From Candidatus Latescibacterota bacterium (GTDB lineage Bacteria > Latescibacterota > UBA2968 > GCA-2709665), in NCBI GenBank assembly GCA_963667175.2, contig CAXXXF010000018.1, positions 64,001 through 128,000 of the forward strand: DNA of 64,000 nucleotides. Reading direction: 5' to 3'. Numbering within the stretch: the stretch's first letter is position 1; every line of letters begins with the position of its first letter. The notes under the pieces were generated by a model. The model made no database searches. It was not told where the DNA came from and saw only the letters and a list, made by a program, of their open reading frames with translations. Made by a program: the position numbers and the translations under genes. Below, in pieces: positions 1 to 8,602 of the stretch.

Positions 1-679
1 CCCGCCTCGGCCGGTCGGTCAGGTTGGCGCCCGCGTGGTGGAAATTGCATCCGTGATGAAAGGTCACCCCGCCCGCGGCCATCTCCATCGCGACGGGCGC
101 CGCCACCTCGTGCCCCTTCTGCGCCATCTTGTCGACGATGCTCTCACCGGCCACACCCAGCGCGATCGGCGCCTGCGGGCCCAGTCTGTGGGAGCCCGGC
201 ACAAAATGCAGACATCCGTTCTCGACCGTCACGTCGTCCACCGCCACCCAGGCCGATAGCGCGCCGTCCGGCGTCATGGGCCAGTAGGGCATATCCTGGT
301 GCCAGTTGGTCGCGCGGCTGCCGGCCCCGCCGGGTTTGACCATGGCGTGATCGTGATAGATTCGCACGTGACGGCAGCCGGTGAGGCGCCGCGCGGTCTC
401 GGCCAGGGCGTGGCTGAACGAGTAGGCTTTCACGTCCGGGAAATCCGTCCAGAGATTCACCATCTGGTTGAAGACCTGCTCGTACGCCTCGGAAGTCCGG
501 CCGCCGCCCGGCGCGCCGACGATCCGCTCCCTGTTGGTCTCGATGGCGCGGTCGATGGCCTCCCCGAGCGCTGCGATTTCATCCCTCGAAAAAAACTCCG
601 GATACCTGATGAAACCGTTCGCCTGATAATATGCCGCGTCTTCACGCGTCGCGGGGCTTCGTTTACCGTCAACTGGCAA
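1..679 (-). CDS. Phytanoyl-CoA dioxygenase (PhyH) family Fe(II)/2-oxoglutarate dioxygenase, 3' end runs off the window
   Basis: Not in the ORF track (no stop in window). Manual minus-strand translation gives YYQANGFIRYPEFFS...IYHDHAMVKP...TNWHQDMPYWP...AWVAVDDVTVENGCLHFVPGSH...FHHGCNFHHAGANLTDRPRR, i.e. HxD...H...R. TTG start at 679 with GGAGA RBS. Confidence 0.85.
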   Translation of the reverse strand, partial: MPVDGKRSPATREDAAYYQANGFIRYPEFFSRDEIAALGEAIDRAIETNRERIVGAPGGGRTSEAYEQVFNQMVNLWTDFPDVKAYSFSHALAETARRLTGCRHVRIYHDHAMVKPGGAGSRATNWHQDMPYWPMTPDGALSAWVAVDDVTVENGCLHFVPGSHRLGPQAPIALGVAGESIVDKMAQKGHEVAAPVAMEMAAGGVTFHHGCNFHHAGANLTDRPRR

Positions 680-727
680 TCGCGTCTCCAATCAGAACTG
701 GAATGTGTTCCGTATGTACTTTTCCGC

Positions 728-771
728 TTGACACGGAACCCCAGGTACGGTATATGGATACACAGTGTGTA
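728..771 (+). promoter_or_regulatory. Putative sigma70 promoter with palindromic operator for the toxin-antitoxin pair
   Basis: TTGACA (728-733), 17 bp, TATATG (751-756), followed by palindrome TACACA-G-TGTGTA (759-771). Confidence 0.5.
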
Positions 772-810
772 CCATTACGCGCCTCTGTACTAAGCGCAAG
801 GAGCCATAGC

Positions 811-1353
811 ATGGGCGGGTTGCTTCTGGATATGCCGGTTAGAGACATTCAGCAACGCATTGAAAAACATGACGCTGATTCATTGGACATATCGCTTTCA
901 AGTTCCATGCGCGCAAGCGACGATGAAATGGAGCATGATGTAGAAATCGAAAGCCGCCTTGCATTATTGAATCGCATCGCGGACGAGACCGGTGAATTTG
1001 CGATTGCAGAGATCGCGAAGCTGCAAAACGCCCTTGAAAGACTCGAAGAGAATCCCGATAATTACCTGGAGTTATGCATAAACGAGGATGCCGAGGCAAC
1101 GATAGAGCAAATTGAAGAATTCGAGGAAAAAACCAGAGCTTTACGGGAAAGATATTCATCGATTGCGGAGCGACACAAGGAATTTTCTACTACATATTTG
1201 AAGATTAGTACAGTGGTCGATCATCTGTTTGACAGTATTGCCATGCTTCAGGAAATTCGTTGGAGAATCATGATCCTCCACAGTGAGAGACAACCTGCTT
1301 CAGGAGAGGTGTACAGGTCGGCAAGAGATCTGATCGATTCGCTCCGGAGCTGA
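811..1353 (+). CDS. Hypothetical acidic coiled-coil protein, putative antitoxin
   Basis: AGGAG RBS before ATG 811 (ORF-track extension to 631 is unlikely). AT-richer than flanks. C-terminus GEVYRSARDLIDSL resembles RelB/DinJ-type toxin-binding tails. Ends 7 bp before the toxin. Confidence 0.55.
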   Translation: MGGLLLDMPVRDIQQRIEKHDADSLDISLSSSMRASDDEMEHDVEIESRLALLNRIADETGEFAIAEIAKLQNALERLEENPDNYLELCINEDAEATIEQIEEFEEKTRALRERYSSIAERHKEFSTTYLKISTVVDHLFDSIAMLQEIRWRIMILHSERQPASGEVYRSARDLIDSLRS

Positions 1354-1360
1354 AACGTGT

Positions 1361-1705
1361 ATGGAGAATGGCCAGAAAAAGAAGGCATTCAGGCGTTATA
1401 ACAATTATTTCAAGAAGACATACAGTCGTCTCCCGGAGCGCATAAAGAGGAAATTTGAAAGGGTTGTTTTCGAGCTTGAAAATAACTCACTGAGCACCGG
1501 CAGAAAGAAAAGAAATATCAAGGATTGTCGTTGTTCGACTGTTCGGATTGATAGAGCGTATCGTTTAGCATTTCGAGAACATGACGACAATACCATTGAA
1601 TTGCTTGCCGCTGGCAAACGAAACGACGTGTACGAGTATTTGAAAAATAAAGTCGATTCCAAATTGAATGAAGGAATAATCTATCGAAATCGGAACCGGA
1701 CCTGA
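1361..1705 (+). CDS. RelE/ParE-superfamily toxin (mRNA interferase-like)
   Basis: 114 aa, very basic. FKKTYSRLP...TVRIDRAYRLAF...IELLAAGKRNDVY matches the RelE fold pattern. Confidence 0.7.
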   Translation: MENGQKKKAFRRYNNYFKKTYSRLPERIKRKFERVVFELENNSLSTGRKKRNIKDCRCSTVRIDRAYRLAFREHDDNTIELLAAGKRNDVYEYLKNKVDSKLNEGIIYRNRNRT

Positions 1706-1721
1706 GAAGGTCCGGTTTTTT
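1694..1721 (+). terminator. Rho-independent terminator
   Basis: AACCGGACCT-GAGA-AGGTCCGGTT followed by a T run, overlapping the toxin stop codon. Confidence 0.8.
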
Positions 1722-1930
1722 GTGAGGCAAAGTTGTGCCGTTTCGGCCAATTTCCGGGTGACTTGCCCCAACGTTGGCGACACGAAAGCAGGCATCCGGG
1801 CCAGTACGAATTATTCGGCATGAGAAAACCGCTGGCGTCGGACGCGCCAAAATACACAATGGGAGCATCGGCGCCAACGGTTATTTGGAACGTCGGATTC
1901 CTGCGGCCGATGGATTCCGGGCCTGGCGGT

Positions 1931-2116
1931 TCAATAGGCGATCCGATGTCTGTCGCGGGCAATCAGCCGGTAGCCCACGTAGATCAACACTGCCGGAACG
2001 GCGAGCTTGATCAGGAGCCAGATCAGGCCCAGCGCGACTCCAATGAGCCCGCCAAGCAGAAACAGCGCCGCCACCCCGCCGGCAGCCAACATGCAAAAGC
2101 CCAGAAATTTCACCAT
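1931..2116 (-). CDS. Small two-TM membrane protein co-transcribed with pspA
   Basis: 61 aa, hydrophobic with a basic tail. GGAGGAG RBS. Starts 37 bp after the pspA stop. Confidence 0.75.
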   Translation of the reverse strand: MVKFLGFCMLAAGGVAALFLLGGLIGVALGLIWLLIKLAVPAVLIYVGYRLIARDRHRIAY

Positions 2117-2153
2117 CGTCGACTCCTCCAGATAAGCTGTGAGCCGTCCGCGC

Positions 2154-2846
2154 CTAATTCAGATCCTGTTCAGAGTTCGCATCGGTCAGCTTACTCTTCA
2201 TCTCCCGCAACTGCGCGTCGATTCGCTGTTTGCGCGCCAGCTTTTCGCAACGGTCCTCGAGGTCCGGGTCCTTTCCGGATATTTCCTCGAAAACCTCCGC
2301 CACGGTCTCTTCATGGTCAACCCGTTGGCAGAGCGCGTCGAACCGCTCGAACGCTTCTTCGTCGATCCGAACCGGGGAACCCGCGGCTGAGCCGTATCCT
2401 CCCGCCGCGCGGCTTCTGGCCAAGAGGGTCCTCCGACGCGTTGTGGCCTCCCGGAGACGGTGTTTCAGACGCGCGCGTTGCCGTTCAAGCTGTCCGGTCG
2501 CTTTCCCGGCTTCGGCCAGCGCCTTCTCAAGCTCTGCGACTTCCGCCTCCACCTCCGCCTTCCGCTCCAGAGCCAGGCGGGCCAGGTCGTCGTTTCCCTG
2601 CGAGACGGACCGTTCGGCCGTCCGGTTCCAGGCTGCCGCATCCGCCTGCCGCGCCTTCAGCCTTCGTTCGAGAAGCCGCTGTCCTGCCATCGCTTCGGCA
2701 ACGGCGGTGACGGCATCGTTCACGGCGTTCTCCATCTCCGTCAACATCAGGCGCGACGTCTTTTCCGGGTCCTCCATCCGGTTCAGCAGATCGTCCACGT
2801 CCGCCCTGATGATATTCCCGATCCGCGTGAATGTGCCCGCGGCCAT
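2154..2846 (-). CDS. pspA: PspA/IM30 family phage shock protein
   Basis: GTFTRIGNIIRADVDDLLNRMEDPEK N-terminus, DDLARLALERK motif, long coiled coil. AAGGAGA RBS. Confidence 0.9.
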   Translation of the reverse strand: MAAGTFTRIGNIIRADVDDLLNRMEDPEKTSRLMLTEMENAVNDAVTAVAEAMAGQRLLERRLKARQADAAAWNRTAERSVSQGNDDLARLALERKAEVEAEVAELEKALAEAGKATGQLERQRARLKHRLREATTRRRTLLARSRAAGGYGSAAGSPVRIDEEAFERFDALCQRVDHEETVAEVFEEISGKDPDLEDRCEKLARKQRIDAQLREMKSKLTDANSEQDLN

Positions 2847-2919
2847 GTCAGTCTCCTTTCACAAGTGGGTGAACTTTCGACTGCGACGGATGGTCTTGTT
2901 CCATCCTTCCCCCTGTGAA

Positions 2920-2965
2920 TACAAATGCCGTGCCATAAGTTGAATATAAATTTAAATCGTTGTTT
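2920..2965 (-). promoter_or_regulatory. sigma54 (-24/-12) promoter and IHF-like site upstream of pspA
   Basis: Minus strand TGGCACGGCATTTGTA (2935-2920; GG at -24, GT variant at -12). AAACAAcgatTTA (2965-2953) is close to the IHF consensus WATCAANNNNTTR within an AT-rich tract. Confidence 0.65.
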
Positions 2966-3094
2966 AATAATAAGATATATGGAGAACACAAAAAAGAGCC
3001 GCCCGGGACGTCGGCGATTAACGCCAACCGTGGCGGCCGAATTCACCTCTTCAGAAGCAATGAGAGGGAAGAGGTTAGTCGTGAGGCAAAGCGA

Positions 3095-3473
3095 GAAAGG
3101 CGGTTAGAAGCGGAACGGCGGATGCAAAAAAGAACAAGGCGCGAAAGACCGTTAGCGTTGGGGGGGTGGTCTTTTTCGTTTTTCCTTCTTCCTCCTTCAA
3201 TCTTCCTTTTTCCTTTTGTCTTTAATCCAAGCTGACACTGTCGGCTGAACGCTCTGTTTCTCTTTGTGTCTTCGTGTCTTTGTGTGAGATGAATGTCGTT
3301 TTTGATCTTTGCTGATTGCTGACAACTGACCGCTGATAGCTGCTTCTCAACGGCAGGGAATTTGGGGAGATGTAGTTCTTGACTTTGATCCTGGTCTTTT
3401 GATTCAAGCCGACTGCCGAGAGCTTATTGCTGATCGCTGCTTTTCTTCCTTCTTCGTTCTTCCTTTTTCCTTC
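3095..3473. repeat. Mosaic of short degenerate tandem repeats (7-mer and 9-mer tracts)
   Basis: TTCTTCC-type tracts (3172-3223, 3441-3473), TCTTTGTGT/CTTCGTGTC tract (3260-3287), GCTGAnn tracts (3311-3342, 3409-3440), CTTGAC/TTTGATC tract (3376-3404). Purine-rich arm 3095-3150 is loosely complementary to 3168-3217. Confidence 0.75.
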
Positions 3474-4587
3474 ATGGCGCCGCGCTTGCGCCCGCCAGCG
3501 ATCTGGCCCCATGAGATGGCTTGCCTCCGGAGCGACGCGCCTGGATGAGCTCGGAGACCACGCTGATGGCGATTTCCTCCGGTGAGTCCGCGCCAATGTC
3601 CAGCCCGATTGGCGCGTGGATCTCGTTCAGTCGCTCCCTTCTGATTCCCTTCGCCTCCAGTTCCTTCCACATCAACGCAATCTTGCGCCTGCTGCCGATC
3701 ATGCCGATGTAGGCGGCGTCCGCCCATACCGCCTGTTCCACCACCGGCTTGTCGTGCTGGTGTCCCCGGGTCACCGCGACAATATAGGACAGGTCGTCGA
3801 TTTCCAGGTGTTGAAACGCCGTTTCCATCTCCAGCGTGAGCGTCTCGTCCGCCATCGGAAAACGCTCCTTGTTGGCGAACATGGGGCGGTCGTCGATGAC
3901 GACGATGCGAAAGCCCACGGTGACCGCGATCCGGGCGATGGCGAACGAAACGTGCCCCCCGCCGAAGAGGTAAAGCGTGGGCTCCGGGCAGACCGACTCC
4001 ATGAAGACCTTCACGGGGCCGCCGCAATCAACTGCGTCCAGCGACACCACCTCCAGCAGGTCCTCCGGGATTGTTTCCATGTCCGCCACTTCGCTCAGGA
4101 TCGCGTCGTCGGCCTCCGGGCGCCCCAACGACCCCACCGTCGTCCCGTCGGCGCGCACCAGAAGCTTGGCGCTCCAATTCGACGGATCCCCTCCGGACAC
4201 GAGGGTGGCCAGCACCGCCGATTCCCGGGCTTTTCGGACCTCCCCCACGGTCTCGAGCACGTTCTCGGACCGGCCCCGGTACAGAGGCTCCGTGAAGATT
4301 TCCACGTTTCCGCCGCAGTTCAAGCCATTCTCGCCGGCATGTTCTTCGGTCAGAATAAAGCGCTGAAGCGTGGGAACACCGCTTTCCATCACCTCACGGG
4401 CTTCCGCCCAGACGTCCGCCTCGAGGCACCCGCCGCCCACCGTACCCACAATCTGGCCGTCGGGACACACCAGCATCTTGGCCTTCTTGCTCATCGGCAA
4501 GGATCCCTTGCTGGAGACAATTGTCGACAGCGCGGCGTTCTGTCCCGACGAAATCAGGTCCAGAGCTTCTGAAAACACGTCTTTCAT
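3472..4587 (-). CDS. xdhC: XdhC/CoxI family molybdenum-cofactor insertion chaperone
   Basis: GTVGGGCLE, GLNCGG, LYLFGGGHV, VTRGHQHD, YIGMIGSRRK and APIGLDIGADSPEEIAISV motifs. Duplicated N-terminal XdhC domain. Confidence 0.92.
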   Translation of the reverse strand: MKDVFSEALDLISSGQNAALSTIVSSKGSLPMSKKAKMLVCPDGQIVGTVGGGCLEADVWAEAREVMESGVPTLQRFILTEEHAGENGLNCGGNVEIFTEPLYRGRSENVLETVGEVRKARESAVLATLVSGGDPSNWSAKLLVRADGTTVGSLGRPEADDAILSEVADMETIPEDLLEVVSLDAVDCGGPVKVFMESVCPEPTLYLFGGGHVSFAIARIAVTVGFRIVVIDDRPMFANKERFPMADETLTLEMETAFQHLEIDDLSYIVAVTRGHQHDKPVVEQAVWADAAYIGMIGSRRKIALMWKELEAKGIRRERLNEIHAPIGLDIGADSPEEIAISVVSELIQARRSGGKPSHGARSLAGASAAP

Positions 4588-4615
4588 CAGAACCACCCCC
4601 TTAACCCCATTAATT

Positions 4616-4668
4616 CATGAAACGGAACAAACATGAAACGGAACAAACATGGATGGACAGGATGAAAA
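4616..4668 (+). repeat. 16-bp tandem duplication plus purine-rich short repeat
   Basis: CATGAAACGGAACAAA twice (4616-4647), then CATGGATGGACAGGATG. Confidence 0.85.
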
Positions 4669-4669
4669 C

Positions 4670-6387
4670 CTAAGGCGGCTTCGCTTTGCTCAGCCGCAAC
4701 CAAAAAGTGTGGTATTGAAGCGGCAGGTTGTTTTGTGGTATGAAAAGCGGCGTTCGTCCGTTATGATGGTGGTCCCGACCGCCATCAATCCAAGGAGGAA
4801 CGCCGTGAACGACTTCGTGGACCAATATAATGAAAAAATCAGTGGCGTGGTATCGTGTTTTGATCGGGTTCTGTTCAAGGGGTACCTGCCGTTGGGATTT
4901 GGCGATGCGATGGAGCGTTTCATGGGTAATCAGGGTTTTTTGTTGAAGGACTTCAAGCGTTTTGTGACGATGCATTCCAAAACGATCAAAGCCCACGCGG
5001 AGGCGATGGCGAGCAGGCACAAGCGCCCGTTCCTCTATCTCGACCGCAACACCGTCAGGAAAGAGGAGGAAGCGCGACGCATCGCCCAACGAGATGGGAT
5101 CACCCGCGGCCTGGTCTGTGTGTACCGCGCCGTGGAGGGCTGTCAGAGTTTCAAGCTGGTTCCAGGGAAAGGAAGGCCTCGCCTGCGCAACGCCCGGCGG
5201 AAGTGCCTGTGCTACTATTTCTACTATATCGACCGTGAGTTCGGGTTGCTGCATATCCGCATCCAGTCGTGGTTCCCCCTGGTGGTGCAGGTCTGTCTCA
5301 ATGGCCACGAATACCTGGCGCGCAAGCTCGATAAAAACGGCATTGCCTATCGCAAAGCAGACAACGCGTTTCTATGGATCGACGACGTGGCCCGGGCGCA
5401 ACGGTTTGCCGATCGTTTTGTCGAGAAAAATTGGCCGCGCATTCTCTCCGGGCTTGCCCGCAGGGTCAACCCCCTGCTCAAAGACCTGCTTTCGGGAATG
5501 GACTATTACTGGGTCGTTGACCAGGCTGAGTTCGCCACCGACGTGATGTTCACAAGCCCCCACGCCCTGAAGGTGCTGTATGAAAATCTGCTCAGACATA
5601 CGGTGCTGTGCTTCTCTCCCCAGGACATCCTGACCTTCCTGGGACGCAAACTCCACGGCAACTTTCAGGGCGAAGTCCTCACGGACTTCAAAAACAAACG
5701 CCAACCCGGCGCACGGGTCAAACACCGGATGTGTGAGAACTGGATAAAAATGTACGACAAACACGGGCGCGTACTACGCATAGAGACAGTGATCAACCAT
5801 CCAAGGCAGTTCAAGGTCCGCCGCCAGGGCATACGGCAAGGACAACGCGTGATGGGCTGGTATCCCATGGCCAAAGGGGTGGCCAACCTCTACCGCTATC
5901 GGGAGATCTCATTGAAGGCCAACCAACACTATCTTCAGGCGCTGGCAGCAGCACCAGACACCGGGAAGAGCCGTCACAGCCTCGCCGCACTTGCCCGACC
6001 ACGCAGGCACAAGGGGCGGACCTATCGGGGCTTCAATCCCGCCGACACCCGCGACCTCGACCTCTTCACCGCCGTCCTGAAAGGCGAACACGCCCTGATG
6101 GGCTTCCGCAATCGGGACATCCGAAAACACCTCTTCAAACAACCCAGAACCCTCGACCAGCGACGACGACAAGCCAACGCCGTCAGCCGACTCCTCAAAC
6201 GTCTACACGTCCGAGGCCTGATCGCTAAAATACCTCGGTCCAGAAGATGGCGCGTCACACAGGCCGGACACGTCACCCTCGCGACTTCACTGACACTATA
6301 CGACAACCACACAAACCGGAACGCTATCCAAGCAGCATGAACAAACTTCTACGCATCTTGCGTTGAAGTCTTACTGTAAGACTCTAA
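4670..6387 (+). mobile_element. Putative insertion element with hairpin ends and no terminal inverted repeats
   Basis: CTAA at 4670-4673 and 6384-6387. Left hairpin GCGGCT...AGCCGC followed by AACCAAAA. Right hairpins ACGCA-TCT-TGCGT (6351-6363) and AGTCTTAC-T-GTAAGACT (6367-6383). Encloses a single ORF. Confidence 0.55.
4805..6340 (+). CDS. Putative transposase / replication-initiator-like protein with C-terminal winged HTH
   Basis: AGGAGG RBS plus GTG 4805, 511 aa, basic. SCFDRVLFKG, YYFYYIDREFG, QAEFATD and WIKMYDKHGRVLRIETVIN motifs. C-terminal GFRNRDIR...RLLKRLHVRGLIAKIPRSRRWRVT wHTH. Confidence 0.7.
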   Translation: MNDFVDQYNEKISGVVSCFDRVLFKGYLPLGFGDAMERFMGNQGFLLKDFKRFVTMHSKTIKAHAEAMASRHKRPFLYLDRNTVRKEEEARRIAQRDGITRGLVCVYRAVEGCQSFKLVPGKGRPRLRNARRKCLCYYFYYIDREFGLLHIRIQSWFPLVVQVCLNGHEYLARKLDKNGIAYRKADNAFLWIDDVARAQRFADRFVEKNWPRILSGLARRVNPLLKDLLSGMDYYWVVDQAEFATDVMFTSPHALKVLYENLLRHTVLCFSPQDILTFLGRKLHGNFQGEVLTDFKNKRQPGARVKHRMCENWIKMYDKHGRVLRIETVINHPRQFKVRRQGIRQGQRVMGWYPMAKGVANLYRYREISLKANQHYLQALAAAPDTGKSRHSLAALARPRRHKGRTYRGFNPADTRDLDLFTAVLKGEHALMGFRNRDIRKHLFKQPRTLDQRRRQANAVSRLLKRLHVRGLIAKIPRSRRWRVTQAGHVTLATSLTLYDNHTNRNAIQAA

Positions 6388-6390
6388 AAG

Positions 6391-6496
6391 CGCGAGAAAG
6401 GCACGAGAAAACGAACATCAGAAACTGCGAAACACGCGAAAAATACGAAAAATCCGTGGCTGAAATCAGTTGCCACAAGAGGCGCAAAACCACAAT
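6391..6496 (+). repeat. Purine-rich degenerate 9-mer-type repeat tracts
   Basis: CGCGAGAAAGGCACGAGAAAACGAA; CTGCGAAACACGCGAAAAATACGAAAA; GCCACAAGAGGCGCAAAACCACAA. Confidence 0.6.
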
Positions 6497-6626
6497 GTTG
6501 CACGTCAGCCCGACACCCCAACATGACTCCGGCCAAACCGACTTTGGACGAATCAAGGTTTTCGTTATATTCTCCACTCATGTTATTGGAAATCAACCGA
6601 TTACACGAAATTTCCACCGGTTTTCA

Positions 6627-8602
6627 GTAGAGTCGAGAGGTGGCGCGGTGGTGTAGGAGAGGCCTATCTGTTTCCGCCCCTTTCGTCTGGCGGTGCCTCA
6701 ATAGCCGCTCCGCGTTCCGTTTCCACGTCCCGCTCATCGAACCGGACGTGCGGATTTACCGCATCCGGCTCTCGGACAAGGAGTCATGCGTTCGCCCACG
6801 GAAGGTTGTGCGTCTGCACCTCCAGCCGGGTCAGGCCCAACGTATTGTAGAGGACCTCGTCAGGGAGACGGGACGTCCCCTTTCCCGGTATTCGGTACTT
6901 GTTGCACAACCACCAGCGGAGCCGTTGCCGGGTGTGGCTGTCCACACTCCGGTAGGCTTTGCTGACCGGACCAAGACGGAAGTAGTTGCCCCACCCTGTT
7001 AGCTTTCGGTTCAGGTGGGCAATCCGTTCTTGATGGTCTTTCAGCAGCCACCGCCGCGCCGTTGCCTCGCTGATGGCCCGGCAGATGTGCCGGATGGCCT
7101 TCTTTGACGGGCGCGTGCCGATATAGGCCTTTCCCGTCTTTGGTGAGTAACAGCGTTCGATGGTGTAGCCCAGAAAGTCAAATCGTCCTTCAGGAAGCGT
7201 GCATATGCCCGTCTTCTGCTCGTTCACCGTCAACTTGAGCGCCTTCATAATGGATCGCATCGCGCGCATCGCTTCTTTTGCGGTGCCGCGACAGCAGATC
7301 ACAAAATCGTCCGCGTAGTTGACAATATGAGCCTTCAGGCGTTGCTGATGTCCCCGAACCTGCCATCCCAGAATGAACCGCCGCATATACAGGTTCGCCA
7401 GCAGGGGCGAGATCGGGGCGCCTTGCGGTGTCCCCCTTCCCTGATCCTTGTTCGGCGTCGTTCGACGTTTGCGGCCCCGCTTGTCGGTCTCCTCAATCGG
7501 CGCGGTCAGCCACAGCTTGACCAGGCCCAGCATACGCCCGTCACTGATGCGACGCGCCACACATTTCATCAGCTCGGCATGCGGGATCGTGTCAAAGTAA
7601 CCGCTCAAGTCCGCGTCGATCACCTGCGTATGGCCACGGCTCACCAGACTGTGAACCGCCCTGATGGCGTCGTGCGCACTCCGTTTCGGACGGTACGCAT
7701 ACTGCGCCGCTGGCAGGTCCGCCTCAAAGATCGGCTCCAATACCAGCATCGCCGCGGTTTGCACCACCCGATCTTTCACCGTCGGGATGCCCAGCGGCCT
7801 TTGCTTCCCGTTCGGCTTGGGGATATACACCCGACGGATCGGAGACACCCGATACGATTTGCTCCTTACGGCTTCCGACAGTTCGCCTAACCACCGCTTT
7901 TGCCCATATGACTCGATATCCGCAAACGTCTCGCCGTCCACGCCCGCCGCGCCGCCGTTGGCCTTGCAGCAGCGGTACGCATAAAGCAGGATGTCCTCGC
8001 GATACACCTTGTCATACAGCGCGTAGAATCGGTAGCCGGGCGATTCCTTCGCTTTGGCATGCAACGTCCTCTGCAACTTCCGAACCTTTTCCGGAGGTCT
8101 TAGGCTCATACCAATCTCCAGGCTCTCGCTCCTTTGACGTTGCCCTTGAACCAAGGCCCCTTTCCTCCGCCGGCATTACCCGGCTTCTCAGGTACTACGG
8201 GCCTCTCCGCCACCCCACGCGGCCCGGCCTGACCCTCACGGGCTGCCGGTTGGTGTCTCCACCACCGCCTGGGGCTTCCCGTGTTGCGTCGGAACTCCTT
8301 GTATACGTGCCTCCGCCACTACCCCGGCGGGACCGTTGGGTGCTCGCGTTGCCTGCTTCCCCAACGACGGCGGCCTTCCCCGAAATTCAGGCGGGTCGGC
8401 TCCCGCATTACCCTTTTCGAGGCCTGCGCAGCGTTCACTCACGTTTCGGCCCGCATACTCGCCAAGTCGCCTTGCGACCCTCTACACCGGAGGCTTCGGA
8501 GATGTCGTTTCCTACGTCCCCGCTCCGATTGCTACCGACTGTGGCAACACTTGTCGGGTGGGACTCTCACCCACTGAAGTTCCGCGCCTTTTCACGGCGC
8601 AC
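6627..8602 (-). mobile_element. Complete group II intron (IIB-type, bacterial class E/F-like), 1976 nt
   Basis: 5' end GTGCGCCGTGAAAAGGCGCG at 8602. Domain V GAGCCGGATGCGGTAAATCCGCACGTCCGGTTC (6771-6739). 3' end CCACCTCTCGACTCTAC at 6627. Candidate EBS1 UGAAU (8389-8385) pairs with the 5' exon end ATTCA. Confidence 0.92.
6784..8109 (-). CDS. ltrA: Group II intron reverse transcriptase/maturase, no endonuclease domain
   Basis: RPLGIPTVKDRVVQ, DADLSGYFD, GTPQGAPISPLLANLY, YADD, FDFLG and maturase GWGNYF motifs. 441 aa from ATG 8109 with GGAGA RBS. Confidence 0.95.
   Translation of the reverse strand: MSLRPPEKVRKLQRTLHAKAKESPGYRFYALYDKVYREDILLYAYRCCKANGGAAGVDGETFADIESYGQKRWLGELSEAVRSKSYRVSPIRRVYIPKPNGKQRPLGIPTVKDRVVQTAAMLVLEPIFEADLPAAQYAYRPKRSAHDAIRAVHSLVSRGHTQVIDADLSGYFDTIPHAELMKCVARRISDGRMLGLVKLWLTAPIEETDKRGRKRRTTPNKDQGRGTPQGAPISPLLANLYMRRFILGWQVRGHQQRLKAHIVNYADDFVICCRGTAKEAMRAMRSIMKALKLTVNEQKTGICTLPEGRFDFLGYTIERCYSPKTGKAYIGTRPSKKAIRHICRAISEATARRWLLKDHQERIAHLNRKLTGWGNYFRLGPVSKAYRSVDSHTRQRLRWWLCNKYRIPGKGTSRLPDEVLYNTLGLTRLEVQTHNLPWANA

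Noticed and set aside
4616-4651. Direct repeats as a possible CRISPR array
   Set aside because: Only two adjacent 16-bp copies, no spacers, and no cas genes in the window.
6784-8109. RT as a retron, DGR or defence RT
   Set aside because: It has a maturase domain and is enclosed by canonical group II intron ends and domain V; no TR/VR pair was seen.
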